Source: Rhodosorus marinus CCMP1338
Lineage: Eukaryota; Plantae; Rhodophyta
Length of the DNA stretch: 64,000 nt
Direction: 5' to 3'
NCBI GenBank assembly: GCA_029953675.1
Contig: JAMWBK010000007.1
Coordinates: 434,001-498,000, forward strand
Numbering within the stretch: position 1 is the stretch's first letter; each line of letters begins with the position of its first letter. Positions 23,762 through 35,730 of this stretch are shown here, piece after piece. Below the pieces are notes generated by a model that was not told where the DNA came from, made no database searches, and saw nothing but the letters and a program-made list of their open reading frames with translations. The translations under genes were made by a program, and so were the position numbers.

Positions 23762-25818
23762 TCATACTTTCTGTTCTCGCTGGCGTTTCAGGTCGAGTAA
23801 ATAATAGTAAAGGCTTTCTAGAGTTCTATTCCCAGGGAGTAGACGATCAAACCTGGCGATGTCGAAAACCTGACGTGGCTCCTTAAGTTTGTGTAGGGTT
23901 ACCGGCAAATCGTCGGATAGGAAAGGGTTGTCTTTCTCGCCAATATTCTCCGGCTTGGCGTACCTGTTTCGGATGTTTTGGGTTTTCCAGTGGAGGAAAG
24001 CGAAACCACAAAAAAAGGCTTGGTTCAGTTGACAATTTCAAGGCGGGTACAAGTCGGCGAAAGCGGAACCTATTCTATCGCCGACGGTCGAGGGTCTGGT
24101 CAACTTGACGTAGCACGTGGTTTTGCCAAGTAGCATGGTTCATGCAACAGCTTGGAGACTTGTAAAACAATTACGTACAAGTCCAAAGCCTTGAATATGA
24201 TGGTTCCGAAAATATTTTTGCGTCCTTTCATAGCTAGCTTTCGATTATTCTTGTTGGTGATCCTATGCCAACAAAGAGAGGTTTGTATGTCGCCGCCCCA
24301 ACATGTGTGAAATTCTGAAATGCACTCCGCAACCCGAGACCTGATCTGCTTCTTGCGAAAAAGGTTTGCGTTAATCAGTAGTGGCTACTCCTAACCCATG
24401 CTGGAGCTTGAAAAGCGCGTAAGTAACCCACCAGGGCTGTACTGGCATGATTCATCAAAATGCCAGATCCACCGTGCGCAAATGGGGGACTTTCCTTGAG
24501 GACCCTGTCGAAACAACCTCTAGTAGGTTTCGGGACTCCGAAGAATCTTCCAATGTACACAGGCTTCTGAATGGGAAGCAAAAACATAGGCCTCAATTCA
24601 GCGCCCAGACAGGCGCGTCAAGGGCAAAGCTCTCCTTCGTATCGCTTCCCGAACTAAGCGAACTCGTCTTAAACTCACCTTGTCCTCTTGTGGAAGTCGT
24701 CGCTCTAGAAGGTTCGTGGCTAGGTTGTCCAGGAGCACGTAGGTATCATCATCCACCATAAGATAGTGCTTCTTGTCCGGGAACATGTCGTACATTAACG
24801 CAAACCCGGGAAGATTTTTGTCCTTGTCTCCCTCCCAGCCGCCTCCGAAGGTCTTCTCAAACAGTCCTCCTTCCGGTACATTTGCCACTCCTTTCAGCAG
24901 TTCTTTACTATACTCCTCCATACTGTGGATATAGTTGGTGTTCGACGTCTCTGCAATATACATAAGACATGGCACTATCCACACCGAAATACCAGCAGAG
25001 AAAACATCAAAAACGAAACAGCTCTTAGACAGACAAACCCCTACGGTGCCTCCAGCAACTCGGGAGTGCTGAAACGCTTCCTCTGTGTTGGATGAGACTA
25101 TTCGTACTCTTTCTCCCTGCCAACCAGGTTTTGTTAACCCATTCCAACCTCTCCTCGTACACATCCTGTCCTGTTTTTATAGCGATTACGACATCGTTCG
25201 AGATTTTATCCCAATCGCCATCTGTTCTTCCTCCAGACAGGATCCTATTTCCAGTTATATCCATCATTAGTTGCTACACGAGCTCACACATTGGCTCTTT
25301 GTGCGTGCATTTGCTTGCTGGTACTGCTTACTGGTCCTTAAGGTGGTCAAGCAACGGTCGATAGGACTCGAATTCTTTCCCAGCTGGATGATACGCAGCA
25401 CGCTCATGAGTTGTTGTCTGATCCGCCAGACTCCCAACGGATACCCCGTGAATCTCAGTGTCCGCAACCTGTAGCGTCGCACCACCTTTTCGTTAACAGA
25501 AGACACTCAGGGGTCAAGAATGAACGAGGTGCAAACCTTAATTGCTGCCTCCGCTTCATGAGCCTGCTCCTTCTCAGCTTTATCCTCTGCGTAGACATCG
25601 TGCAATGCCCTGTTACTCCTGGCGTGATTTAATGAATCGTAAACAAGGCCACTGAGAAGAACTTGACTCCAGATGGCGAGAACCGCGATACTCAGCAAAA
25701 CAACGCCCCGGCGTCCACACAACCCACCAGACTCATTCTCCCTATCTTTGCGAGAAAATAAACCCGATTTACCAAACCGGCGCAGAGTTTTCTTCCATTC
25801 TTTCGACGCAGGAGTCAT
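23762..25818 (-). CDS. Fringe-like/GT31 glycosyltransferase, type II membrane protein, multi-exon
   Basis: N-terminal transmembrane segment (VVLLSIAVLAIWSQVLLSGLVY), VVIAIKTGQD, YLMVDDDTYV (DxD), PVYIGR, FAHGGSGILM, CWGGDIQTSLCW, LPVTLHK. The 3' exons were read by eye, with the stop at 23762-23764. Confidence 0.82.
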
Positions 25819-26479
25819 TCTCTACGCTCGAGCCGGTCTTCCAAGTCTATCCTCCAGATTCAGTACCTTCATTAGTCCCCTTCAATCGAACCGGGTAAAC
25901 GAGTCATACAGAGATTATCCATCCTTGGGCGAAGCACGATGACCAGTGACCAGACTTTGAAGCTTGACTGGTTTGCAAACCCATTTAGGTTCGCAATGCA
26001 TGTTTGCCGTGGTTTTTGGGCATAGCTTGTGTTTCTCTGAAGAAGAGGACTCCAGATTTAGCTCTCATGTTGTTTTCTAGACGCGGGCGCGGATTGAATC
26101 CAGCCGGTGCCACTGCTGACCAGCGCGGCGAAGAAGTACGTACGGTTTTACTTTTTTTTGTGGGTGGAATGCAGCCTACTGTTCCGTTGGCCTTCAGCTA
26201 TGTGTTTAACGCAATTCATTGCTCAGAAAAAAAGAACATACTGGTCAAGTCTTTCCGCTAAAGGGCTACGGACTCCTCTCGTTCCAACCTCAGGCTAAGC
26301 TCAGGTCGACTTTCCACAGAGCATCGACTGCTTCCCCTTAAGAACTGGTCTCATCGCGAAAAAAAGGCGAAAGGAGAACTAAGGGAAGGAAAGGGAGAGA
26401 ACCAGGAGCCGACTTCATAATGGCAACATTTGCGATTCCTCAAGGGCTTCCGCGATCATCGAATGGTTTGCCAACGACC

Positions 26480-26812
26480 TTGGAATCGCTAGACGACTTC
26501 GAGCAGGCGCTGTGTGCACAGTTCCAGCCGCATGATCACGTGGAACGTGTACGGGCGAAACTCCGCAGAAACCCCGCAAGATTTTCCCGCTTAAAAGATT
26601 TTCCCGAGATGACCGAGGTGTTCCGAGACAATTTACCAGATAACAGGGACGAACATGACCGATTACCACCGGGTAAAAGAATTCGATCCGCTGCGCTACT
26701 TTCTCGTAGGTGCTGCATCGCTTTTCCGTTGTGTTGAATGCTCGCGACATATACGCTACATTTACCCGATGAAATGCGGGTACACCCGACATTTCATGTT
26801 TCCTTACTGAAG
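26480..26812 (+). mobile_element. Small Ty3/gypsy relic: gag fragment plus integrase C-terminal fragment
   Basis: LESLDDFEQALCAQFQPHDHVERVRAKLRR (gag-like) at 26480, and TYTLHLPDEMRVHPTFHVSLLK at 26747-26812 (gypsy integrase HPxFHVSLLK motif). Confidence 0.75.
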
Positions 26813-27692
26813 AGCGCAATGCATGGTGGGATGCTGCGAGCCTGACTCACGGACGACATCCCTCGTCTGGAGTCTCTCAGTTTTCCTGAATGCGAGATAG
26901 TCTCCAACTCTCCCTGAAGATAGGCCAGTCGCTGAGGGCAGACGTAAAGGTGCAATTTTTTGACTGAATAATCAATCCATTATGAAAACTGATTGATGAA
27001 ATTCTATTGTATTGAAATAAAATAAAACAGTTGGCTAATTCCTCCGACTCGAATATCCCCTCAAAAGCTACTGTGGATATAAATACTCTCTAATAAAAGT
27101 AATTTATTCTCATATATAACACTTTTCTTGCTGGAATACTAGGGGTATACTTTTCTCTGAGAAAAAAGGTCGAAAACCATTTTTACGCAAATTATGATTG
27201 GATAAAAACAGCTATTTCCTTTCTATTATCCAATTAAGTTACGTTTTAATTCTTTAATACTCACCAATAAAAATTCTTAAGAGGTCGTTATTGATTACTA
27301 CGACGTCATATTATCTAATTAAAATATATTCAATAAAATATGACCAATAATAGTGCCTTATTCGTTAGTAATGACCAATTATTGTTTTCTATGCGCGTAT
27401 GACTACCAAGGACATTTCTTAAGTATTTTCTTATTTTTGACGTTTGAAAATTGTGACCCTGAAGAACTTTGTCAAATGGAATTGGGGGATGAAGAGGGTG
27501 CAGTGGCGGAGCGTCGTTTGATGAAGAGGGTGAAGGCTGAGTGTCGTTCGATGCAGAGGTCTTCAGACTTCTTGGCTTTCTGGTTTCATGGGATCTGGAA
27601 CGAGCATTGTAATCTGCACTAGAAAACACGGTATACAGAGGTTTTTGGCTTTTTTGTTTTTCAAGGAATTTTGACCTTAGTTTGTTGGTTTT

Positions 27693-30600
27693 ATGTCTCT
27701 GATGGAGCTGGGAGAACTTTTGGAACGATCGGAAGCTCTGATCGTGAGGGAGCGGAGTGATGATTACCGGGATGGAATTCCTCGGTTAAAGAGATCCCTT
27801 GCGCAGATCGAGGTTGATGCGCAGAAGGTATCGGCTGCAAGAGGTGCTGTGGGAAGGAATGCGGTGAGTCCATATCGTTGTTTAGATAATCCACTACGGC
27901 GTTGATATTGATGTCGATCCATCCACCGTGGCGTTCCCGGACAATGCTCTTCTTATTAGGTGAACGAGGCGAGGGCAGTTCGACTCCTTGCAGAGTATGG
28001 ATTTGAGACGAGTACCTTCAACAGAAAATTCAAACTCGCGAATCTGGATGGATTGGTCGAGAGCTATACGGATTTTGTCACTTACGTTGACCTGCCAAGT
28101 TTCCTAGAGAGGAACGTAAGCCCTCCACTGATCGCACGTTAAGGATCAAGCACTTGGCGCTTGGCAACTGAGACTGATAGAAACACCATGGATTTTTTTT
28201 TCTCGCAACTTTTCAAGTTTGAAGAAGGCGCAAGTGAGGCAAAGACAAAAGCTGAGAGCACTGCTCAAAACCTGTACAGAAAAGCTTTGGAATCCCGTCT
28301 GGAGAAAGACCTTTCTAGTGCACGATCTGGGCTTTGGAACGACATTCAGCAGACGCTTCAGCACAGCTCGAGCAAGCTGGACAACTTCAAGGCGATTCGA
28401 ATAAAGCAGCAGGCTGTGGTCTCGATCGATCCCGATTACTTCAATGTTATCCGCTCCTTCGTCACCTCAGGGGTGAATACGAACGTGCACAATCCGGCGG
28501 ACGCACTACAACGCGCTGTACACGATTCCGACCCTCACGTTGCTGCTTGTTATGACCTGGTAGCAATTCTCGCCGATGAGTCGTCCCGAAACAGAAATCT
28601 AATCCCTGCTGCGAGACGGATCCTTGAAAAGCAGTTCAGGGCTAGACTGGAAGCGAAAAATCCTGCCATGGGATCCTTGCGGGATTCAGTTGCACTGTTT
28701 CTACGGACGGAGACACCAGAGCTTGCTGATGATGACGCAGCGAGTGGTGTGGGAGGGAGTGTTGCCCTGTGGCCACAGGTAGGAACAATCTCTGCTGATG
28801 CCCAAACAGCGGTATATCGTCCCAAGGCCCTGAGAACGGAGGTTGTTCGTTCTCCTGTCAAAGCAAGGTCTTTTTCCTGTTGCGCTGTGGGGCCGCTAGA
28901 GAGGCTCTTGAGCTTCTAGATCAGAACTACGAGGACGGAGGTCACTATTCCGGATTTCTAAGAAACTTTGTAGAGAACGAGGAGAGTCTTGAGGAGGAAA
29001 CTCTGAAAGAGCTGATTCAGGAGTACTCCCTCACGGTTGTTCGCGGTTCAGATACTTACCAGAAAGCGTGTTATGTACTGCTGGCGAGAATTGATCCGCT
29101 CGGAGAGCCATACCTGAGCAGTGAAGATGTGCATAGGCTCAGCAAGTCCGTGGAGGACTACTTGTGGTTGATGATGTTGTAAGTGGTAGACCGCCTTCGC
29201 TCACATTGATGAAACCAATTTTCCGGTTGCTTGAAGACAAACTGTTCGCACATGGCGAACAGTTTGTCACAGAGCCGCTTCTTCTGCTTTTTCGAGGCTT
29301 TGATTGTTAGCTTAGCGGCTCGATGTTTGTTCCATGCAACCCACAGCTGTATTTGCACAGATGAGGAGCGATCATCGGTTCCCCAGGATCTGCAAAGTCA
29401 TCAGCTTCTCTTGGCTGATCTGCAGGCACAGATTCGTGGTCTTGGAGCACAGCATTTTGATCCGGAAGGGCGCAGGCCCTTTCTGTTTGTCTGGGTCCTG
29501 CTCTTGACAGGTCAATTCGCTTCATCCTTGGAGTACCTCCTTGCAAATGGTGAGTTTCTCTCCTCTTTTCGCTGTCTAGTTTCCTGAGACCGACCGGAAC
29601 GCAAGCGCTGCATGCTCGCTTCGACCATGGTGACCCGCATCGAAGCCTCTTCTGCACAAAGTTGAGGGGGGGAAGAGCGCCCGACTTCTCTTTCTCGTTG
29701 AGCGGGAGCATGGGCTAGGGCGACCTTTCTGACCTCGGAATGCTCCTCGATATGTGACTAGGTGATGTTGTGAACTCGGTGCACTTGGGGTTGCCACTAT
29801 TTTATTCCAAGTTACTGCAGACAGAAAGGCACGTGGTTGGTCCCAGCCGAGTAGAAGCCAAGCTTTTCGATTACGAGCTTCTGCTTGACGAGTACGCAAG
29901 CGGGTTGGCCCTGGCGTACCCGGCGGAGGCTGTGTACTATGCGTTTCTGATAGAAAATCGAACTAAGAGGTACGACGTTTGGGAAGCCTTTGATTCTCCG
30001 TCCGTAGTGACCCGCGGATAGCAAATTGACAGGATGCTTGCTTGCTCCGTTCAGGGAGGAGCTTCTGCTGAAGATTCTCGTGGAAGTGAAGGATGTCGGA
30101 GTCTTCCTCGGAAGGATCAACGAGGAAAACGTGAAGGTTCCGGGACAGCTTGAAGAGCTGGCCACGGAGAGGCCCGAGTTGAAGTTGGATGTAGCCAAGC
30201 TTGCATCTGCGGCAGCAGAGAAGATTGCACGCTCAGGTGATCTATATACAGCGCTTGAAATGTACTTCGTTGAAGGTAATGATGCAGCAGCGCTCGACCT
30301 TCTATTGCCCCGTATGAGCCTGGAGCTTTTCACCCAAGCCAGCTTCGATCGGGAGCAGGTGCTTTCGTACTCAAGAAGACTCTTAGGGTTGACGAAGGGA
30401 AAGCATTCGGACCAGACCAGAGGAGAAGAGCTGTTCATGAGGAAGAGGCGATCTTTAGATGTGCTAGTCAAGGTTGCACAGTTTCTGGATCTGCACAGAA
30501 GAAACGACAAAGTTAGGGCGTGGAAGGCATTGATAGAAATGGAGATTCTGCCCATACATCGAGAAGAGCTCAGCAATCGAGTTAAGGACATGGCTTTAGA

Positions 30601-30844
30601 CGGCAGTCTCCGCTTCGATAGGCATGTGACGAATGTTGGCGGTGAAATATTCGCCGTAGCCATGGACTCGCTGCGTACGTTGCTGCTCAAAGAGCAGGTT
30701 GAGGCCCGGAAGAGTCAGGACAATGCTGCGCGACTACGCTTACAGGAACTGGAAGGTGTTGCAAAGACCATGATATGCTTCGGAAGCATAATGAAATACG
30801 ATGGAGCGGAGGTCTACTCTTTGCCAGTGCTCTTAGGTACCTAA
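27693..30844 (+). CDS. NUP93: Nucleoporin Nup93/Nic96, many exons
   Basis: N-terminal IPRLKRSLAQIE, WPQV...FFLLRCGAAREAL, DTYQKACYVLLARID, SVEDYLWLML, FVWVLLLTGQFASSLEYL, HLGLPLFYSKLL, all matching Nic96 family motifs. Confidence 0.88.
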
Positions 30845-31802
30845 CTCCGTATCGGGCTTCTCTATCAACGCCAATGTCGCTGGGCACCTCCTAGATTCTC
30901 AGCGGCTCGAATCAAACTGCAAATACAACTCGTCAGCTGTTCTCAACATCTGTTCGTAGTGTACAGTTCTTTCCACCTTGTCAATATAGTAAAAAAGTAT
31001 ATCAACCAGTGTCACCTTTGCATCTGATTCTCCTGTACACATACGAGAAATTTTCTTCACTTTTAAAATGAATAAAAGAAGAAATATTGAAGATAAGCAT
31101 GAAAATAAGCTAATACATCCTTAAAATATTGTATTTTAGAAATAATTTCCTCGGGTATCGTAGCGGGTTAATATATTGAAAAACTTAGGTAGGCTCCACC
31201 TCCACTAGTAGAAGAGGGGGTTGCTCAGTTCTGCGCCTCAGTTGGCCGTGCGTGAAAGCGACCTTCGAGAGGTCAGCAAGGAAAATTCGACATTTCATTT
31301 GCTCCTTCCGTTCAGAATGCTGAGCTCTCCAAGGTCGTTTTCCGCTCGAGGAAGGCACACGGTCAACTGTTGCGCAAAAAAAAAGACGATGTCCCGTGTA
31401 CCAGTCATGTTTTGCTCGCCCGGTACCGTACGTACATTCTACTACCCAACGTGAAGGGTGACATCGGTGGATAACCTTGGAGCAATGTATGGACTTGTTA
31501 CGGCTACACAGAGAAAGAAGCACTCTTCGGTAGAAGGCATCTTGAGGGCCAACTGCTGTTCTTATCCGCCCGGCAAACACTTTTCGGGAATGCGATGCAG
31601 GATGACTCAGACTTCGAATCAAAAATTTGGTTTTACACTGTACATGAACGACTTTTCTATTGACGAAAAGTCAGCATCGATATTGTCTTCGATCACCGCC
31701 GTCTGCCTGGGTGGAAGTCCTCCCAAAGGGAAGTTTTACCTAGCGCCCGTGGTGGTCAGTAGTTCAGCTGATTCCTCGCCACTGGGCACACCCTGTGCAC
31801 CG

Positions 31803-34800
31803 TCAACTAGCCGAGTTGTTCGTTGGTGTCAGTTGACTGCACGTTCGATCTGTTTCTCGATCACTGGAGACCTCAGCTGATACCTCAGATGGGCCATGCT
31901 TGACTGCCTCCTGCTTAGAATCGCCGGATGAATCGATAGGAACTTCCCTCGGCATCAACGTTTCGTCTTCGGAATAGACTGCGGGCGTTGGAGGTTGGCC
32001 ATCAACTATTGTCTCAGTCATTGCCTGACCGATGGATTTCTCATTCATTTGCATTCCTAACATATCTGCTTGTGCTTGCTCGTCGGGGGACACGACGGAT
32101 TCATGCTGAGATCTTTCCACTCGAGTTCCTTCAGGAGGGGAAGAACCTTCAGCTTCCTTCTCAATGGAGCTCCCATCCTTCTCTTTTGGAATCTCTGGTT
32201 CTCGCTCCAACGATGGCTGGTCCGTTTCGTGGTCAACTGACCTCCCGCCCGTATCCTTTTCGTTGGACGTTTCCGGTTCTCTCTCCAACGATGGCTCTTC
32301 CGTTTCGTTGTCAACTAACTTCTCCTTCGACGTTTCCGGTTCTCCCTCCAACGACGGCTCTCCCGTTTCGTTGTCAACTGACCTTCTGTCCGTATTCGTC
32401 TCGTTTGACATCTCCGGTTGTCTCTCCGACGATGGCTCTTCCGTTTCCTTCTCAGGAACATATGTCTCCCGTTCCATAACAAACGAAGGTTCTTCCGCCT
32501 CCTCCTCAGCGGGAAGCGGTTCAGCTTCCTTCACTTCAGACGGCTCTGATACTGACTTCTCTACGACGGACTCCCCAACTTCTTCGCTAAAAGGCAAACT
32601 CGCTGTAGGTTTCTTGGATACAGATTTCTCGTGTTCCCTGTCGCGCATAATTTCCTCCGGTTCTTTCAAATCACCAAAAACTTCCGCTATCGCTTTCTCA
32701 AAGTCAGACTCGGTCGGCTCACTCCCTGCAGGCTCAGATGATTCCCTCTGAGCCGAGTTTTCAGCAGATGGCTCGTCTGGATCAATGTCAAACGACATCT
32801 CAGCTGGATCAATTTCCATAAGCACATCAGGTGGTTCGATATCGACAGGAGCACGAGCTCTTGTTCGCGGTCGACTTCCTCCAGTCACGGAACTTGGCAA
32901 TACACGGCTAGCAGCAGGAGTAGAGGGTGTTTCCGTGCTCTCACCGCAGGTCCCCAAATTTCCAACCCTGCTCTGTGAAGCCTCTTCACCGGAGTTAAGT
33001 GGAATCGTTGCGGTTTCAACACTCCCTTCCCTCCCCATAGACTGCAGCAGCTGAAGCCGCATTCTGTCCCGATTCAGTCTATTGAAGGTAGCCGACAAGT
33101 GGGGACTTATCCGAGGTGTCACCGGGACTTCATCGTCATCGTTATCCGTGAGGTCGATTGTTACCACGGATTTTCTGCGCTTTACAGACCTCGGGGTCCA
33201 GGCTGGCGTGGTGAATGACCTAGCCCCCACTGATGAGAGCGGCTGGTCACTTTCGAGATCAATCTCCTGCGCAACTTGACCATTGTCAACGCTGGTTTGC
33301 GGTGTTGGCAGGCTCAGCTTTCCATCTGGGTGCAGTTCAACTTCGTCAGCATGGGGAAATTCTTTCAGGGCCTCTTCGTTGAGCGGGCATATATACAGTT
33401 GCTGAATGCTTGCAGTCTTCTGGTTACACACTGGGCACTGCGATCGAAACAAGCAAGGCGCACTCAAAATTAGCGGATGCCCACAATCTTGCCGGTGGCT
33501 TAAACGCTGGCTTTCGGGGACAAACCTCGTCGCTCTTCCTAGTTGTTTCCATTGTTAAATATGTTTCCAGATTGAAGCACTGCACGTGATTGCATTCTCT
33601 CCCTTTCACCGGAATATCAATTCTGCCTTGCGACAAAGGGCATTTCATGGAAAAGCTAATAGAACTGCGAAGTACGAAGGGCAGGACATGAACACGAAGT
33701 AGTTGGCTAATGAGTGACGGGCACACTCTTTCCGCGAGAAAGTACGTGCCACTGGCTCTGCGTTTTAAATAGCATACTCCACTTTGATGTCGTCAGGACC
33801 AGCTGAAAACTTGGTCAGTTCTTTCCGACGGGCCTTTTCCAGGGGCAAAATTCGTGTTGTTTGCTGCCTAGCAGCAGTGACCCGATCCTGACCACGTTCC
33901 TCCTGAAGTTCGTCAAGACGGACCACTCCCTTTTCATCGGGAGGTTTATAGGCCTCAAAATACTCAACAGTGGACGTTCTCACCATCCGAACTAAATCTT
34001 CCCTATCCTTCACGGTCACCTACATAACAAAAGGTTCCAAGGAAGCGAATGAGGCTGAGGAGTACTCTAATGGAGGGACGGTGAGGGAGTTTCTTTGTTA
34101 CCGTTTGTGCCAACACGCAGTGAAGAGCATTCTGTCTTAGACGCGAGTAGTCAATACCCTTTATCTCGACGGTGTTCATCGCATGCGAACTCCCGCGTTT
34201 CTTCTTCAGAAAGGGGGTTAAATCCAGGAAATATTCTGCTTGAAACGAGAGACACCTATCCGCCTGTTTTTCGGTATGAAGAAAGAGAGCATCAGTGGTT
34301 TGCTCGCAGAAGACGGGGTCTGCCTTGTCGGCATACGTGCAACTGATCCTTTGGGAGGAAAACTGTTAAACTGTTTACGTCGAATGACCAGTTCTTCGGG
34401 CAGAAACTAGTCGTCCTAATCCCTCCTCTGTAGTTTTCGACCCTTAGGAACCTGATTAACGCAACAATTTCGGTTTGAGTTGTTGAAAACAGTTTTTTTC
34501 AACGGCGCATTTCGTGCTATGCTGGACTTTGCCGGCGGTGAACCGCACCTCAAGTGGACACGCAGGTTTTTCGGGCGTCTAAACTGCAGTGTCTCGGGCG
34601 TTGCGAAATGGATCCTCAAAGCACCTACTCGAAGCAAAAAAGACTCCTTTTCAACATGACGGCGAGACTAAGCGGCCTAGTTGACACGCGTCCGACTTTT
34701 CAGCAAATACCTTTCCGCCATTCGTTAAAAGTTTGGCACAAGAATCGGGGCTTCCCGAGCGGTGCATCGAAAGCTTGAAATCTAGGATCAAGACTTTTCA

Positions 34801-35730
34801 AGGGCTCCAATTCCGGAAGCAGTCTGTCCACCTCATCAACCCCAATTACATGGGATAGTCTGAAGTTCATGCGTCTCTGTCCCTCCAACGGAACCATGTG
34901 AAGTGTCCTGCACAGAGATTTAGATTACATCTCTCGCTCAGTAAAAGGTCGAAGATTCTCCCAAAACGTGCGCTGGATTTTGAAACTCCTTTTGATGGTT
35001 TAACCGTACAAATGCTGCGAAGCTGCTTCAGCTTCCCAGTTTGAGTTGACAAACCTAACCGTGGAGCAGAAAGTAAATAATCAGTTCATTCGTTTGGGCA
35101 ACAAATTCTCTTTCAACGCCAAAAACTCATGGAAGAAATTCTTCTCTGGCGGCGAGGTCACTTACAATGGGTCTTTGTCGGTGCGATTGAGCATCGTCGG
35201 GTAATACCCATCGCCGTCAAAGCTCAACAAGAAATCAACGATTCTGAGGGGGGGAGAGGTGGGGCAGCAAAGAGCCTCTGGTCAGTGACGGTTCTCCGGG
35301 TGTTGCTTTCAAGCGGACGAAGTTAGACAGAAAATCTACAGAACGTACATTCTGGCGAGGTCATCTTTCGTACATTTCCAGGCAGGCGCGCCGCAGCGAG
35401 TCACAAGATCCTCCAAGTCCCGTTTATACAACGATTTAAGCTTTCGCTGCATTTGGTTAACAGGGAGGTGTCCTATTACATGAACAACCACGCAACGATA
35501 GCACACTTTATTGTGAGATTAAGCGACTCCGAAACCCTGAAGGGAATGATCTACTCACGTTTCTCAGCCTCGGAGAACCCTTTAAAGTTCCGAAGAGATT
35601 CGGCATTCGACACCCACGCACCGTAATGCCCTGCCATCCCCAACACTTCCACAAGAACCTTCTGCTGCGTGGGCGTCAACGGCAACCCACGCTCTTGTTG
35701 AAGAAGATCATCAAGCGTAGGACCTGACAT
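31803..35730 (-). CDS. SIZ/PIAS-like SP-RING SUMO E3 ligase with a long acidic C-terminus
   Basis: ATG at 35730 (MSGPTLDDLL). SAP-like LKSLYKRDLEDLV...TKDDL, then SP-RING KCPLSQGRIDIPVKGRECNHVQCFNLETYL...SDE|CPVC, a SIM-like VVTIDLTDNDDDE, and a 554-codon acidic exon. The 3' end may extend to about 31620. Confidence 0.8.
32200..32460 (-). repeat. Coding tandem repeat (about 4 units of 20-25 aa) in the SIZ-like tail
   Basis: VDNETGEPSLEGEPETSKEK / VDNETEEPSLEREPETSNEK / VDHETDQPSLEREPEIPKEK. Confidence 0.85.

Noticed and set aside
29812-30690. 292-aa minus-strand ORF
   Set aside because: Antisense shadow of the Nup93 coding exon.
32164-32751. 195-aa Ser-rich plus-strand ORF
   Set aside because: Antisense shadow of the Glu-rich SUMO ligase exon.
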